A DNA stretch of 64,000 bases from Hormiphora californensis (lineage: Eukaryota; Animalia; Ctenophora): NCBI GenBank assembly GCA_020137815.1, contig CM035355.1, positions 8,308,001 through 8,372,000 on the forward strand. The letters run 5' to 3'. Shown here piece by piece: positions 1 to 14,500 of this stretch (position 1 is the first letter of the stretch; each line of letters starts with the position of its first letter). The position numbers and the translations under genes are program-made. The notes under the pieces are model-generated. The model was given only the letters and a program-made list of their open reading frames with translations, had not been told where the DNA came from and ran no database searches.

Positions 1-201
1 GTTTACAAAGAACATTGTACAAATGTTCCTGAACGTTTTGAAAGAAACATGACAGTACTGGCTAATGAGTTTTCTAATGGTCGACTTTACTAGAATGAAG
101 AATCGTGGTAAGAGTTGTCGAGTAAGCAGTGGACAACTACAAGAGACATGACATACAAGAGACATGATCGGACATGATCGGACAGGATTCACCCCCCACA
201 A

Positions 202-3200
202 TCACACCCATGACAATAGGAGTGTATAATACCTGATAACTATTTCTTGGAGGGTGTTGGTATTATTGTATCCTGGGTAGAGGAGTTTAACTTCACTCGT
301 TACACGAGTACCGGAGGCGTTGAAGTGAACTGTCTGATACATGTCCTGGGGTAATGTACATGTGAGTGGAGTGTGGATTAGTACATGTCCTGGGGTAATG
401 TACATGTGAGTGGAGTGTGGATTAGTCTGGTACATGTCCTGGGGTAATGTACATGTGAGTGGAGTGTGGATTAGTCTGGTACATGTCCTGGGTAATGTAC
501 ATGTGAGTGGAGTGTGGATTAGTCTGGTACATGTCCTGGGGTAATGTACATGTGAGTGGAGTGTGGATTAGTCTGGTACATGTCCTGGGGTAATGTACAT
601 GTGAGTGGAGTGTGGATTAGTCTGGTACATGTCCTGGGGTAATGTACATGTGAGTGGAGTGTGGATTAGTCTGGTACATGTCCTGGATAGGGGGGGGGGG
701 GGTAATGTACATGTGATGTACAATGTACATGGGGGTAATATAGTTTACCTTTCGAAGGAAAAGGTTTGGGAATATCAACTTTAAATTCTTCTTCTTTAGT
801 CTGATTGATAATTTCAACTAACTAATCAATACCTTTGATATCGTGTCTTCAGAAACACCATCATCCACAAACAGGAAGCCTGAAGCTGACTTATCAGCTG
901 CTAGATATACCTCCACTATGTAGTCCCCTGACTTCAGCCTGGGAGACAGAGAGGGGAGTTAGAGACAGAGAGGAGTTAGAGAAGGGGAGAGAGGGGAGTT
1001 AGAGAGGGGAGTTAGAGAAGGGGAGAGGGATTATAGACAGAGAACTACAAAGCATATTTAAACCAAGAAGCGGAACCCCAAAGGTTTCTCTAATAGTTTC
1101 TATGACTCACATTTCAGAGGTTGAGTTAGCGGTATTTAGATGCCTAACCACCACAGAACCGCCCCTTATAAAGGTAGGAATTGTCTCCATTGTTACCGAG
1201 ATATCCTTCTTCCCATTTCCAGATGTGCTCACTACAGCTCTTGTCTCACCGTCATACCAGAGGTTATCCACCCCACCAGGGAAGTACACCTCCCTCTTTG
1301 TAACTCCCTGAAATTGAATAGCAGTTGTTTGTAACTCCTTGGGGGAGGGTGAGTTTGTTACGGAGGAGAGGAAGGGGAGACCCCACCGGGGAAATACACC
1401 TCCCTCTTTGTAACTCCCTGGGAGGGGGGGGGGGGGATTTTGTTGTTACTAAACCATGTCACAATGGAGGGCATTCAAAATGAAACTGTAACTGTATGAA
1501 CTCAAGGATTTGTAAATGACATTCTACAGCTTGGAACAAGTGACTAAAGTAATTCCCTAACATGTCCCAAGATCACCCGCACCGGGGGAGGGAGAGAGCC
1601 GAGAGGTGTGTTTACCTTTATTGTTACAGGTGTCACCATGATAGCATCTCCCAACATAAACTGACTGACAATGTCCAGTGTTGAATTATCATCTAGATAA
1701 TCAAAGAAGAGTGGTTTAACAACCATAGCTCCAACAGTGTGAGCTAGATAGAACTGGGAGTAGAGGTAGGGGAGGAGCTTGTAACGAGTCTCAATTGATG
1801 TCTTGATACGGGCTGTTGCTTCAGCTGAGAATTCTGTATCCGGTGAGGTACCCTGGAAGGAATGGAGATTGGAGATATTGGAAAGGAATGGAGGTTATAT
1901 AAACAGTAGGGGGTGGTAGATTGGCTGGCTAGTGGACCTCAATTCATGAGAAAACTCAAAACTCCGTTTATAAAACTAACTTTACAATTAGAACTACATA
2001 ATTATAAAACTTTACAAATAATAATTTAGTAACGTACGGATGATGAGAATCTCTTTAGCGAAGGGGAAGTATGTGGCCAGCTGATACCATCTCACAGCAC
2101 AGTTCCTCGTCTACATGTTGCTCCATCTCCACAGATATTTGTTACCAACCAGGGGCATGCCAAAGAAGTTGTAGTTCAGGATAGCTATAGGGGCGGGGAA
2201 TCATTTTAGTTGTGTTACATAACATGACAAACTTCCCAATAAGCAATAATGGGATAATCAATAAATACATTTCATTAAACCCAGTTTTTATCAGTTTATT
2301 AAACCTGTAATAGAGCTGTTTAGACCCTGATATTATTATTATTATGAACCTGTAATAGAGCTGTTTAGTCCCTCCCAGGTAGAGGGTATATCCTGGATCC
2401 AGTGTCCTGAATGAACCCCTGATCCCACATAGGTAGATCGGGATAGAGTCAACCTTCTCTTCTTGTCCTCAGATAGTGACATTTGGACCCTGTGTAGGGG
2501 GAGAGAGGTGGGTTAGTGACTTCATGACGTAACACTGTGTAGAGAGAGAGAGAGATGGGTTAATATCTTCATGACATCAAATCGTGACGTCACACATGGT
2601 AGCACTCTCTCTGATCAAGTTAGAGATGTGTAATCGCATTAATTCTCGCTTTGTCTAGACGCTGGATGTGAAGATATAGAACAACAGATCGTTCCCTATT
2701 CGACCAGCTAGGTATGTCTGTCTGTCTGTTTGACCGTTTGACTGTTTCTAAGTGTGTCTGTTTCTATATGTTTCTCTGTTTCTAGGTTTGTTTCTTAGTT
2801 CGTCTGTCTCCCTTACTCTTGAGTGGTCTGGCTACTGGCCCATCCATATATATTGTGTACATCAGAGTGCCTGAGTCCCCCGTGTAACTTTGCACTGGGA
2901 CACAGAGTGTTCTGCTTCAGATCCTTGACGTGGAATAACGTGTAGAGAGGATTATCTAGAGTCTCGTCTGAGGGGGAACAACATAGGTTATAGAGATTTT
3001 GGAAGAATAGCAACCCCTACTAATGTCTATAGTGTATCGTGGTATTGTCCTTAAATGTACCCTAAACCTCTCATTCCCCACTACTAACCTGTACACCCAG
3101 TGGTACTTCCAGTGCTGTCTGTTCTTGGCTCATTCTCAGTCAGCAACAATCCAGAATGAGGGAGATCCAGGGAGAAGGCAGTGAGACCATCTTGAAACCA

Positions 3201-6200
3201 ATTCTTGGTAGAAGGGTGGAAGTAATCAGGAAACACCGTGTCCTTCCCATCAACCTAGTGTATTGGAAGTTGTTACATAACGTGACGTCACGACGTGACG
3301 TCATGACGTGACGTCACGACGTTATATTATCATGTGACGTTACGACGTTATTATAAATCCACTTCAAGGTTGTTATTATTAATGGTTGAGTTTCTTGAAT
3401 ATTCTAAAGTAGACCACTGGTATTTTAATCTTATCTTAGCAGGTGCTCTAAGAAACTTGAGAAGCTAAGGCAATAACATACTGTCACCCTAATAATAATA
3501 CTAGCAATAATACTGACAGTTGTCACTCTAATACTAGTATATAATACTAATCAGTAAGCTAAGGCAATCACCAATACTTACAGTAGAAATAATATCATTG
3601 CCTTGGCTGTCCTTGACAAATAATCCCGCTTTTTGTCCCGTCTTGTACCACTCACTACTATCTAGTACCTGTAGGGAAGTGTGCCATGATGTTAGTATGG
3701 GGAAGTGAGGACTGATGGTGGGGAAGGGACAACTGATCAGACCATCCAATTTGATAGAAGGAGATAAAGAGGGGGTAGTTGCACTGAGGGGCGGCAGTTA
3801 GTGGCACTGTTTGACAGATGTCAGGGTGTGTCCCCACCCGAGTTAAAAAGAGCATGTTAGTTACGGAGGGCTTCTGTGGGTGATAAGAAACACGGCCCTT
3901 TATTTTGTATGATTTTACAACTAATTTATTGATTCCATTGATTTCTACTGTATAATTTACTATATATTTTATTTTAAGGCCGATATTGGCCCCCCCCCCC
4001 CACTAAAAAAAATTTACTACTAATTTTAGTATAACTAGTCAAAAAAAAAATGAGAATAATAAGAAGTATAAAAGATCTTGTCGCTGGCATCATAGGGGGG
4101 GGGGGGGTGCAGCCCCAAAAAAATTCAAACTTTTTCCGAAACCCAGGGTATGGTTGGTTTTTTGGTCGTTTTTGGTTGAAATTTCTTTGATTTTTTTGGG
4201 TCGTTTTTGATTTTTTTTTGTCGTTTTTGATTTTTTTTAATCTTTTTTGATTTTTTTTTCATCGTTTTTGATTTTTTTTTGAATTTTTTTGATCGTTTTT
4301 GAATTTTTTTGATCGTTTTTGATTTTTTTAAATTGTTTAATGTTGAACAAAAAGTTCAAAAAAAATAAAAAACGATCAAATAAAATAAAAAACGATCAAA
4401 AAAATTCAAAAAAATTAAAAACGATCAAAAAAAATAAAAAAAGATCAAATAAAATCAAAGACGATCAAAAAAAATTCAAAAAAAAATCAAAAACGATAAA
4501 AAAAATAAAAATCCAGGGTATGGTTGGTTTTTTTTGGGCTGCACCCCCCCCCCCCCCATCATAATAATATCTCCCTAGCTCTATCACACTTTACTTATTG
4601 AATGGAGAGAGAGAGGGTCGAACAAGGTAAACTCACCCTGATAGCAGGAGTTGCATGGAACAGTAGATGTTTTCCCAAGTCCCCCAAGTCCCTGGAGATA
4701 TTACCCAGCCCTCCAAACTTGTCTGAATTCACAGTAAACTGAACCTCGTTCTCCCTAATGTTCTGTCCCAGCCAAATTCCGTCCTGTGGAGGGGCAGGTA
4801 ACTTAGTGAAGGCAGAGAGAGAGAGAGAGAGAGAGGGAGGAATAAACATTCCGTCCTGGGGAAATGTTGGTGAGGGTAGTAGGGAGGGTAGTAGGGGGGG
4901 GGGGGGTGAGGGAGAGAGACATCTCCTGTGAAAAGTGAAGGTATACTGAACAACACAATATGTTCTATACTACACAGCAGGTTGAGGCAATGTAATATTA
5001 TTAGATGTAGTTGTACATCTTGACAGCTAAACACTGCATGTTCTGTATGGCTAAAGGTCACCTTCTAAATAACACCACAATCCACATATACAGCAAGGTA
5101 TCATGGTATACAGTACTGTACCATGAAGTATTTTGATCCTTGTTTACTTTGTACCCAGTTTCCCTCTCCAGCTCCCTGCCCCCCTTTATTCTCTAGAAGG
5201 CACTACTCCTCTTTTGTCGCTACCGCAGACACATCAACAGGGTTATGTGTATAGCAACATGTCAGGTGTCAGGTATAATACTGGTAACAGGCGCTACCTA
5301 TCACCTGACAGCCGGGTCTAACCTGCATTTTATCTAGTTTAAACCACCTGACAGCCGGCATATATACTTTACTTAGCTTTACTTGACAGGTCCAACCTGC
5401 GTATTTATACTCTCTTTTTCCTTCTCTCTCTCTCTCTTCTCTAGAATTCTCTCTCTGTTTTTATTCCACTCTACTTATAACTCTACCACAAACAACACAT
5501 GTGTATAAGCCTGGTAATAACCGCTACCTGAATAGCCGTCTAACCTGCATACTATATTTACACTAACAGGTCATACCTGGGACAGGTTATGTCAACACAG
5601 GACACAGGTAGTTCAGTGTATTCACACGAATAACTTTGCGGTGGTGGAAGGTGTCAAAAACAACTGACGGTTGGTAACAGAACAATCGAGAACGAAAAGA
5701 AGTTGATATATGATATGTTGTGACATATGGAGAAAACACGGATAATAAAAACACTTACCAGCGGTATATCAATATCTTCTGCATCTCTAATCTGGTCAGA
5801 ACTCTCGTATTTTCCACTACCATAATGGTACCCCAGGGCCCAGAGGGGAGGAAGGAAGGGCGCACCAATCTATAGGGGGGGGTGAGGGGTGGAAGGAAGG
5901 GCGCACCAATCTACAGGGGGGTGAGGGGCGGTAGGAAGGGCGCACCAATCTAAAGGGGGGTGAGGGGTGGTAGGAAGGGCGCACCAATCTACAGGGGGGT
6001 GAGGGGTGGTAGGAAGGGCGCACCAATCTACAGGGGGTGAGGGGTGGTAGGAAGGGCGCACCAATCTACAGGGGGGTGAGGGGTGGTAGGAAGGGCGCAC
6101 CAATCTACAGGGGGGTGAGGGGTGGTAGGAAGGGCGCACCAATCTACAGGGGGGTGAGGGGTGGTAGGAAGGGCGCACCAATCTACAGGGGGGTGAGGGG

Positions 6201-9200
6201 TGGTAGGAAGGGCGCACCAATCTACAGGGGGGTGAGGGGTGGTAGGAAGGGCGCACCAATCTACAGGGGGTGAGGGGTGGGAAGAAGGGCGCACCAATCT
6301 ACAGGGGGTGAGGGGTGGTAGGAAGGGCGCACCAATCTACAGGGGGGTGAGGGGTGGTAGGAAGGGCGCACCAATCTACAGGGGGTGAGGGGCGGTAGGA
6401 AGGGCACACCAATCTATAGGGGGGGGGGGGGTGAGGAGTGGAAGGAAGGGTGCACCAATCTACAGGGGAGGGGTGGTAGGAAGGGCACACCAATCTACAG
6501 GGGGTGAGGGGCGGTAGGAAGGGCACACCAATCTACAGGGGGGGGGGGGGGGGGAGGGGTGGTAGGAAGGGCGCACCAATCTACAGGGGGGGGGGTGAGG
6601 GGTGGTAGGAAGGGCGCACCAATCTACAGGGGGTGAGGGGTGGTAGGAAGGGCGCACCAATCTACAGGGGGGGGGGGGTGAGGGGTGGAAGGAAGGGCGC
6701 ACCAATCTACAGGGGGGGTGAGGGGTGGAAGGAAGGGCGCACCAATCTACAGGGGGGGTGAGGGGTGGTAGGAAGGGCGCACCAATCTACAGGGGGGTGA
6801 GGGGTGGTAGGAAGGGCGCACCAATCTACAGGGGGGTGAGGGGTGGTAGGAAGGGCGCACCAATCTACAGGGGGGGGGGGGGTGGTAGGAAGGGCGATCT
6901 AATCTACAGGGGGGTGAGGGGCGGTAGGAAGGGCGCACCAATCTACAGGGGGGGGGGGGTGGTAGGAAGGGCGCACCAATCTACAGGGGGGGGGGTGAGG
7001 GGTGGAAGGAAGGGCGCACCAATCTACAGGGGGGGTGAGGGGTGGAAGGAAGGGCGCACCAATCTACAGGGGGGGTGAGGGGTGGTAGGAAGGGCGCACC
7101 AATCTACAGGGGGGTGAGGGGTGGTAGGAAGGGCGCACCAATCTACAGGGGGGTGAGGGGTGGTAGGAAGGGCGCACCAATCTACAGGGGGGGGGGGGGG
7201 GTGAGGGGTGGAAGGAAGGGCGCACCAATCTACAGGGGGGGTGAGGGGTGGAAGGAAGGGCGCACCAATCTACAGGGGGGGTGAGGGGTGGTAGGAAGGG
7301 CGCACCAATCTACAGGGGGGTGAGGGGTGGTAGGAAGGGCGCACCAATCTACAGGGGGGTGAGGGGTGGTAGGAAGGGCGCACCCATCTACATGGGGGTG
7401 AGGGGTGGAAGGAAGGGCGCACCAATCTACAGGGAGGGGGTGAGGGGTGGTAGGAAGGGCACACCAATCTACAGGGGGTGAGGGGCGGTAGGAAGGGCAC
7501 ACCAATCTACAGGGGGGGGGGGGGAGGGGTGGTAGGAAGGGCGCACCAATCTACAGGGGGGGGGTGAGGGGTGGTAGGAAGGGCGCACCAATCTACAGGG
7601 GGTGAGGGGTGGTAGGAAGGGCGCACCAATCTACAGGGGGGGGGGGGGTGAGGGGTGGAAGGAAGGGCGCACCAATCTACAGGGGGGGTGAGGGGTGGGA
7701 AGGAAGGGCGCACCAATCTACAGGGGGGGGTGAGGGGCGGTAGGAAGGGCGCACCAATCTACAGGGGGGTGAGGGGTGGGAGGAAGGGCGCACCAATCTA
7801 CAGGGGGGGGTGTGAGGGGTGGTAGGAAGGGCGCACCAATCTACAGGGGGGGTGAGGGGTGGTAGGAAGGGCGCACCAATCTACAGGGGGGGGGGGTGAG
7901 GGGTGGTAGGAAGGGCGCACCAATCTACAGGGGGGTGAGGGGTGGTAGGAAGGGCGCACCAATCTACAGGGGGGGGTGAGGGGTGGAAGGAAGGGCGCAC
8001 CAATCTACAGGGGGGGTGAGGGGTGGAAGGAAGGGCGCACCAATCTACAGGGGGGGGGTGAGGGGTGGTAGGAAGGGCGCACCAATCTACAGGGGGGTGA
8101 GGGGTGGGAGGAAGGGCGCACCAATCTACAGGGGGGGGGGTGAGGGGCGGTAGGAAGGGCGCACCAATCTACAGGGGGGTGAGGGGTGGGAGGAAGGGCG
8201 CACCAATCTACAGGGGGGGGTGTGAGGGGTGGTAGGAAGGGCGCACCAATCTACAGGGGGGGGGGGGGGGAGGGGTGGAAGGAAGGGCGCACCAATCTAC
8301 AGGGGGGTGAGGGGTGGTAGGAAGGGCGCACCAATCTACAGGGGGGGTGAGGGGTGGAAGGAAGGGCGCACCAATCTACAGGGGGGTGAGGGGTGGTAGG
8401 AAGGGCGCACCAATCTACAGGGGTGAGGGGTGGTAGGAAGGGCGCACCAATCTACAGGGGGGTGAGGGGTGGTAGGAAGGGCGCACCAATCTACAGGGGG
8501 GGGGGGGGTGGAAGGAAGGGCGCACCAATCTACAGGGGGGGGTGAGGGGTGGTAGGAAGGGCGCACCAATCTACAGGGGGGTGAGGGGTGGTAGGAAGGG
8601 CGCACCAATCTACAGGGGGTGTGAGGGGTGGTAGGAAGGGCGCACCAATCTACAGGGGGGGGGAGGGGTGGTAGGAAGGGCGCACCAATCTACAGGGGGG
8701 GTGAGGGGTGGTAGGAAGGGCGCACCAATCTACAGGGGGGGTGAGGGGTGGTAGGAAGGGCGCACCAATCTACAGGGGGGTGAGGGGTGGAAGGAAGGGC
8801 GCACCAATCTACAGGGGAGGGGGGTGGTAGGAAGGGCGCACCAATCTACAGGGGGGGGGAGGGGGGTGGTAGGAAGGGCGCACCAATCTACAGGGGGGGG
8901 TGAGGGGTGGTAGGAAGGGCGCACCAATCTACAGGGGGGGGGGGGTGGTAGGAAGGGCGCACCAATCTACAGGGGGGGGGGGGGTGGTAGGAAGGGCGCA
9001 CCAATCTACAGGGGGGGGGGTGGTAGGAAGGGCGCACCAATCTACAGGGGGGGGGGGGGTGGTAGGAAGGGCGCACCAATCTACAGGGGGGGGGGGGTGA
9101 GGGGTGGGAGGAAGGGCACACCAATCTACAGGGGGGTGAGGGGTGGTAGGAAGGGCACACCAATCTACAGGGGGGTGAGGGGGGTGAGGGGTGGTAGGAA

Positions 9201-12200
9201 GGGCGCACCAATCTACAGGGGTGAGGGGTGGTAGGAAGGGCGCACCAATCTACAGGGGGGTGAGGGGTGGGAGGAAGGGCGCACCAATCTACAGGGGGGT
9301 GAGGGGTGGTAGGAAGGGCGCACCAATCTACAGGGGGGTGAGGGGTGGTAGGAAGGGTGCACCAATCTACAGGGGGGTGAGGGGTGGTAGGAAGGGCGCA
9401 CCAATCTACAGGGGGGTGGTGGTAGGAAGGGTGCACCAATCTACAGGGGGGTGAGGGGTGGTAGGAAGGGCGCACCAATCTACAGGGGGGTGAGGGGTGG
9501 TAGGAAGGGCGCACCAATCTACAGGGGGGGTGAGGGGTGGTAGGAAGGGTGCACCAATCTACAGGGGGGGTGAGGGGTGGTAGGAAGGGCGCACCAATCT
9601 ACAGGGGGGTGAGGGGTGGTAGGAAGGGCGCACCAATCTACAGGGGGGTGAGGGGTGGAAGGAAGGGCGCACCAATCTACAGGGGGGGTGAGGGGTGGAA
9701 GGAAGGGCGCACCAATCTACAGGGGGGTGAGGGGTGGTAGGAAGGGCGCACCAATCTACAGGGGGTGAGGGGTGGTAGGAAGGGCGCACCAATCTACAGG
9801 GGGGGTGAGGGGTGGTAGGAAGGGCGCACCAATCTACAGGGGGGTGAGGGGTGGTAGGAAGGGCGCACCAATCTACAGGGGGGGGGGGGGTGAGGGGTGG
9901 TAGGAAGGGCGCACCAATCTACAGGGGGGGGGGGTGGTAGGAAGGGCGCACCAATCTACAGGGGGGGTGAGGGGTGGGAGGAAGGGCGCACCAATCTACA
10001 GGGGGGTGAGGGGTGGGAGGAAGGGCGCACCAATCTACAGGGGGGTGAGGGGTGGTAGGAAGGGCGCACCAATCTACAGGGGGGTGAGGGGTGGTAGGAA
10101 GGGCTGCACCAATCTACAGGGGGGTGAGGGGTGGTAGGAAGGGCGCACCAATCTACAGGGGGTGAGGGGTGGTAGGAAGGGCGCACCAATCTACAGGGGG
10201 GGGAGGGGTGGTAGGAAGGGCGCACCAATCTACAGGGGGTGAGGGGTGGTAGGAAGGGCGCACCAATCTACAGGGGTGAGGGGTGGTAGGAAGGTCGCAC
10301 CAATCTACAGGGGGGGTGAGGGGTGGTAGGAACGGCGCACCAATCTACAGGGGGGGTGAGGGGTGGAAGGAAGGGCGCACCAATCTACAGGGGGGTGAGG
10401 GGTGGTAGGAAGGGCGCACCAATCTACAGGGGGGTGAGGGGTGGTAGGAAGGGCGCACCAATCTACAGGGGGGGTGAGGGTGGAAGGAAGGTCGCACCAA
10501 TCTACAGGGGGGGTGAGGGGTGGTAGGAAGGGCGCACCAATCTACAGGGGGGGTGAGGGGTGGTAGGAAGGGCGCACCAATCTACAGGGGGGGTGAGGGG
10601 TGGTAGGAAGGGCGCACCAATCTACAGGGGGGGGTGAGGGGTGGAAGGAAGGGCGCACCAATCTACAGGGGGGTGAGGGGTGGGAGGAAGGGCGCACCAA
10701 TCTACAGGGGGGGTGAGGGGTGGTAGGAAGGGCGCACCAATCTACAGGGGGGGTGAGGGGTGGTAGGAAGGGCGCACCAATCTACAGGGGGGGGTGAGGG
10801 GTGGTAGGAAGGGCGCACCAATCTACAGGGGGGTGAGGGGTGGAAGGAAGGGCGCACCAATCTACAGGGGGGGGTGAGGGTGGTAGGAAGGGCGCACCAA
10901 TCTACAGGGGGGTGAGGGTGGAAGGAAGGGCGCACCAATCTACAGGGGGGTGAGGGGTGGTAGGAAGGGCGCACCAATCTACAGGGGGGGAGGGGTGGTA
11001 GGAAGGGCGCACCAATCTACAGGGGGGGGGGGGGTGGTAGGAAGGGCGATCTAATCTACAGGGGGGGGGTATTGGACTTTGGAGTTTGGGACAAGGGGTA
11101 ATGGTAATGGTATCATAGTGTACCATGGTTCCATTTATTTGTACATTACGTAGTGTCTAAAGAGTAACCTGAGATTCCTATATATACGCGACGATGAATT
11201 GTCGCGTATAGCAGGCAGCATGGTATAATACCAGCAGACCAGCAATGCAGATAACAACCAGCATAGATAAGACACTGTGTGGCATGTTGTAAAGCTTGGC
11301 AAAACTCCAGATCACACACACACAAGTTTTATAGGTTGATAGGTTGGTGGCAAGTGAGTATTAACTAGGCAACTATAAATTCCACACCGCGCGTTAGTTG
11401 CTACCAATTCCCACCAATATTTGAAACATGGCCCATGTTACCATGGTTACATGGGCCTCTTCCAAATCACTCACCTGTGCAGTAAACTGTTCTATAACGT
11501 TGGCAGGGGTTGGGCCCAGGAATATGTAGAAATCAAGGATACCTCCAGTAGTTCGGAACGATACAGCTGGGTACGGGTTGAGAACAATATCTGAGAGAAG
11601 GAGGGGTTAACAAGGGTCGCAGAACTGGTGGGGGGGGTTGAGCAGGGTGGGTGGGAGGAGGGTTAACAAGGGTCGCAGAACTGGGGGGAGGGGGGAGCAG
11701 GGTGAGATGAGGGAAGTGGGAGGAGGGGTTAACAAGGGTTGCAGAACTGGGGGACGAGGGGAGCAGGGTGAGATGAGGGAAGTGGGAGGAGGGTTAACAA
11801 GGGTCGCAGAACTGGGGGGAGGGGGGAGCAGGGTGAGATGAGGGAAGTGGGAGGAGGGGTTAACAAGGGTTGCAGAACTGGGGGGGGGGGAGGAGGGTGA
11901 GATGAGGGAAGTGGGAGGAGGGTTAACAAGGGTTGCAGAACTGGGGGACGAGGGGAGCAGGGTGAGATGAGGGAAGTGGGAGGAGGGTTAACAAGGGTCG
12001 CAGAACTGGGGGGAGGGGGGAGCAGGGTGAGATGAGGGAAGTGGGAGGAGGGGTTAACAAGGGTCGCAGAACTGGGGGGAGGGGGGAGCAGGGTGAGATG
12101 AGGGAAGTGGGAGGAGGGGTTAACAAGGGTTGCAGAACTGGGGGACGAGGGGAGCAGGGTGAGATGAGGGAAGTGGGAGGAGGGTTAACAAGGGTCGCAG

Positions 12201-14419
12201 AACTGGGGGGAGCAGGGACGCAGGGTGAGATGAGGATTAGGAGGGGTGTGGTTCAACCTATCTATAGCATATATAATATGTATAGAATCTAGATTTGAAT
12301 GAGGTGGGATGTGTTTCATCTAGTAGTGCCGCTTTGAGGAAGAATTATTGTCGGGAACTTTGAGGTGAAATTTTGAAGTTATGCGGGGGGGGGGGGCGTC
12401 ACTTTTTTTTGCCCATTGCCCATAATCCCAGCAAATTTTGGTTTTGCCCATATGGGAAAAATGGGCAAAAGTGGGCAAAAGTGGACAAAATGAAATTTTC
12501 AGTGTTATCAGGAATGGAACTGTAAGATCGAATGTGCTCATTTGGGAGGGGCGGGAGAGAAGACCGTATTATATTACATATTTTCATGATCACAGACATT
12601 ATGATTACGACTAATAAAGATAAAGAGAGAGAAGGATGAAGAGAAAAAGAGAGAGAAAGATAAAGAGAGAATAGTTTGGAAGTGACTGAGTTTGTTAGAA
12701 TTATTGAGAATATTTCCTGAGGGTTTAAATCAGACGACAAGGGGGACCTAGATAGCGGGATGCGTCTTATCGGTTGCTCAAATGGACCGTGACAGGCTCA
12801 ACTGGAGCGTGACGGGCTCTTTACTGGACCGTGACATCTTGCGTAGCCCACACTGTGAGAGTTCGGTAGATCAAGTGACTGGTGAAAGCTAGTTTAACAG
12901 CAGAGGGAGGGTTGGCTTTAACAGCGTCCCCCATGACTGGCAACTAGAGAAGACTGACCGGTCATGTGTCACCAAGTCTAAAACTACCCCTCCCCCCCCC
13001 GCAATCATTATAAATTTGATGTTCATCACACACCAAAACCACCAGAACACTCAAAACTAACCCATAGCGTCTGAGTTCTGTAGCAGATACCCACTGGCAT
13101 GCCCATCATGTTCCAGGTGCATAAAGAAGGGGTGGGCACCATGGTCCTTTCTAGCCCACAGAGACTGGGTGGTGTACTCCATTCTTCGTAGTAAACCATC
13201 GTACTGCAAACCATACACTTTACTGGGGAGAGGGGTGGGAGGTGGTTTACTACCTAGGAAGAGGGTTGGGAGTGGTTAGGAGGGGAGAAAATTGCAATTC
13301 AACACAATTCTTGCCTCCGCTAGGTCTCGTACTACGAGACTTGAACTGTAGTGTGTAGACTGTAGTTACACTACAAAAGACATCTAGTGGATCCCTTCTT
13401 ACTTGGTGGATAGCATCATGTTAAGTTGTATCAGCTGATCTGAGAATATCAGACCCTCCATAGACGTGTTGAAGATGGTAGAGCTGGCCTCGTGGGTCCT
13501 AGATACTGAGAATCCAAACAGATCATGTGTTGCAGTTAGAATGTATTGCATCCTGTGTCCTGCCTGTTCGTGGTGCTCACTCATCGGCACCTGGGGTGGG
13601 GGTTGTATTGGAACCTGGGGAGGGGTGGGGGCTGTGGTGGGGCGAGATTATTAGTAGACCATTAGTATTAAATTGGAGGGGTGTAGGAGTGACGAGAGGT
13701 TACGTCAGGTAGAATAGAGAATCTATCTACTAGAGAGATAATTAGATAGTCAACCCTTTAGATGAATTTACTAAGTAAAGCACTGTCACCACTCTTACCA
13801 CGTATCTGTCACGATCCTTAGGGTCAAATATCCTGACTCGCAGCCTGCTATCTGTCTCATAAGATATCACACACTTTAGTTGATCCACCTCAGTAGTGTA
13901 CATCTTAGGTATTTGTTCGTTTCGTACCAGATCAAACTCCATCCCAAACACTGTTACCGTGCTGTTTTCCACTCTGTAACCTGAGATGGGGAGGGAAGGT
14001 GATGTTACTGTGTAGAAATACACAGAAATATACAGATGCAGAAATGTCTGTACTGATGAATATACATTATGTATGCAACAAGTCAAAGAAGACAACTCGT
14101 AGGGGTAGTATTAGCCACTTGTTAGCTTAGTACCTAGAAAATATAACAAGTACAGTAATTTACCTCTTTTGTCAGCAAATGAGTAGTGACATTTGGGTGT
14201 AGGGAATACAGCGGTCCCGTCCCAACACCCGTTTATTGACCAGCAATCTGCCTCTGTTTTTACTAGGCCTAATGCTGCGTCAATTCTCTTGTACTTCTCC
14301 ACTGACCTACATTGCTGAAAACATGCACGGAGTTTAAAATGCTGTTATTCAAGCAAGGAGAGAGGGGAGAGAAGGAGAGATAGTGAGATGGGGGGGAGAG
14401 AGATAATGAGAGAGGGAGA

Positions 14420-14500
<81 letters not shown>

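Noticed and set aside
5817-11126. Many Pro-rich or Gly/Arg-rich ORFs ([23 protein letters not shown])
   Set aside because: Translations of the intronic 39-bp array; frames break at variable G runs.
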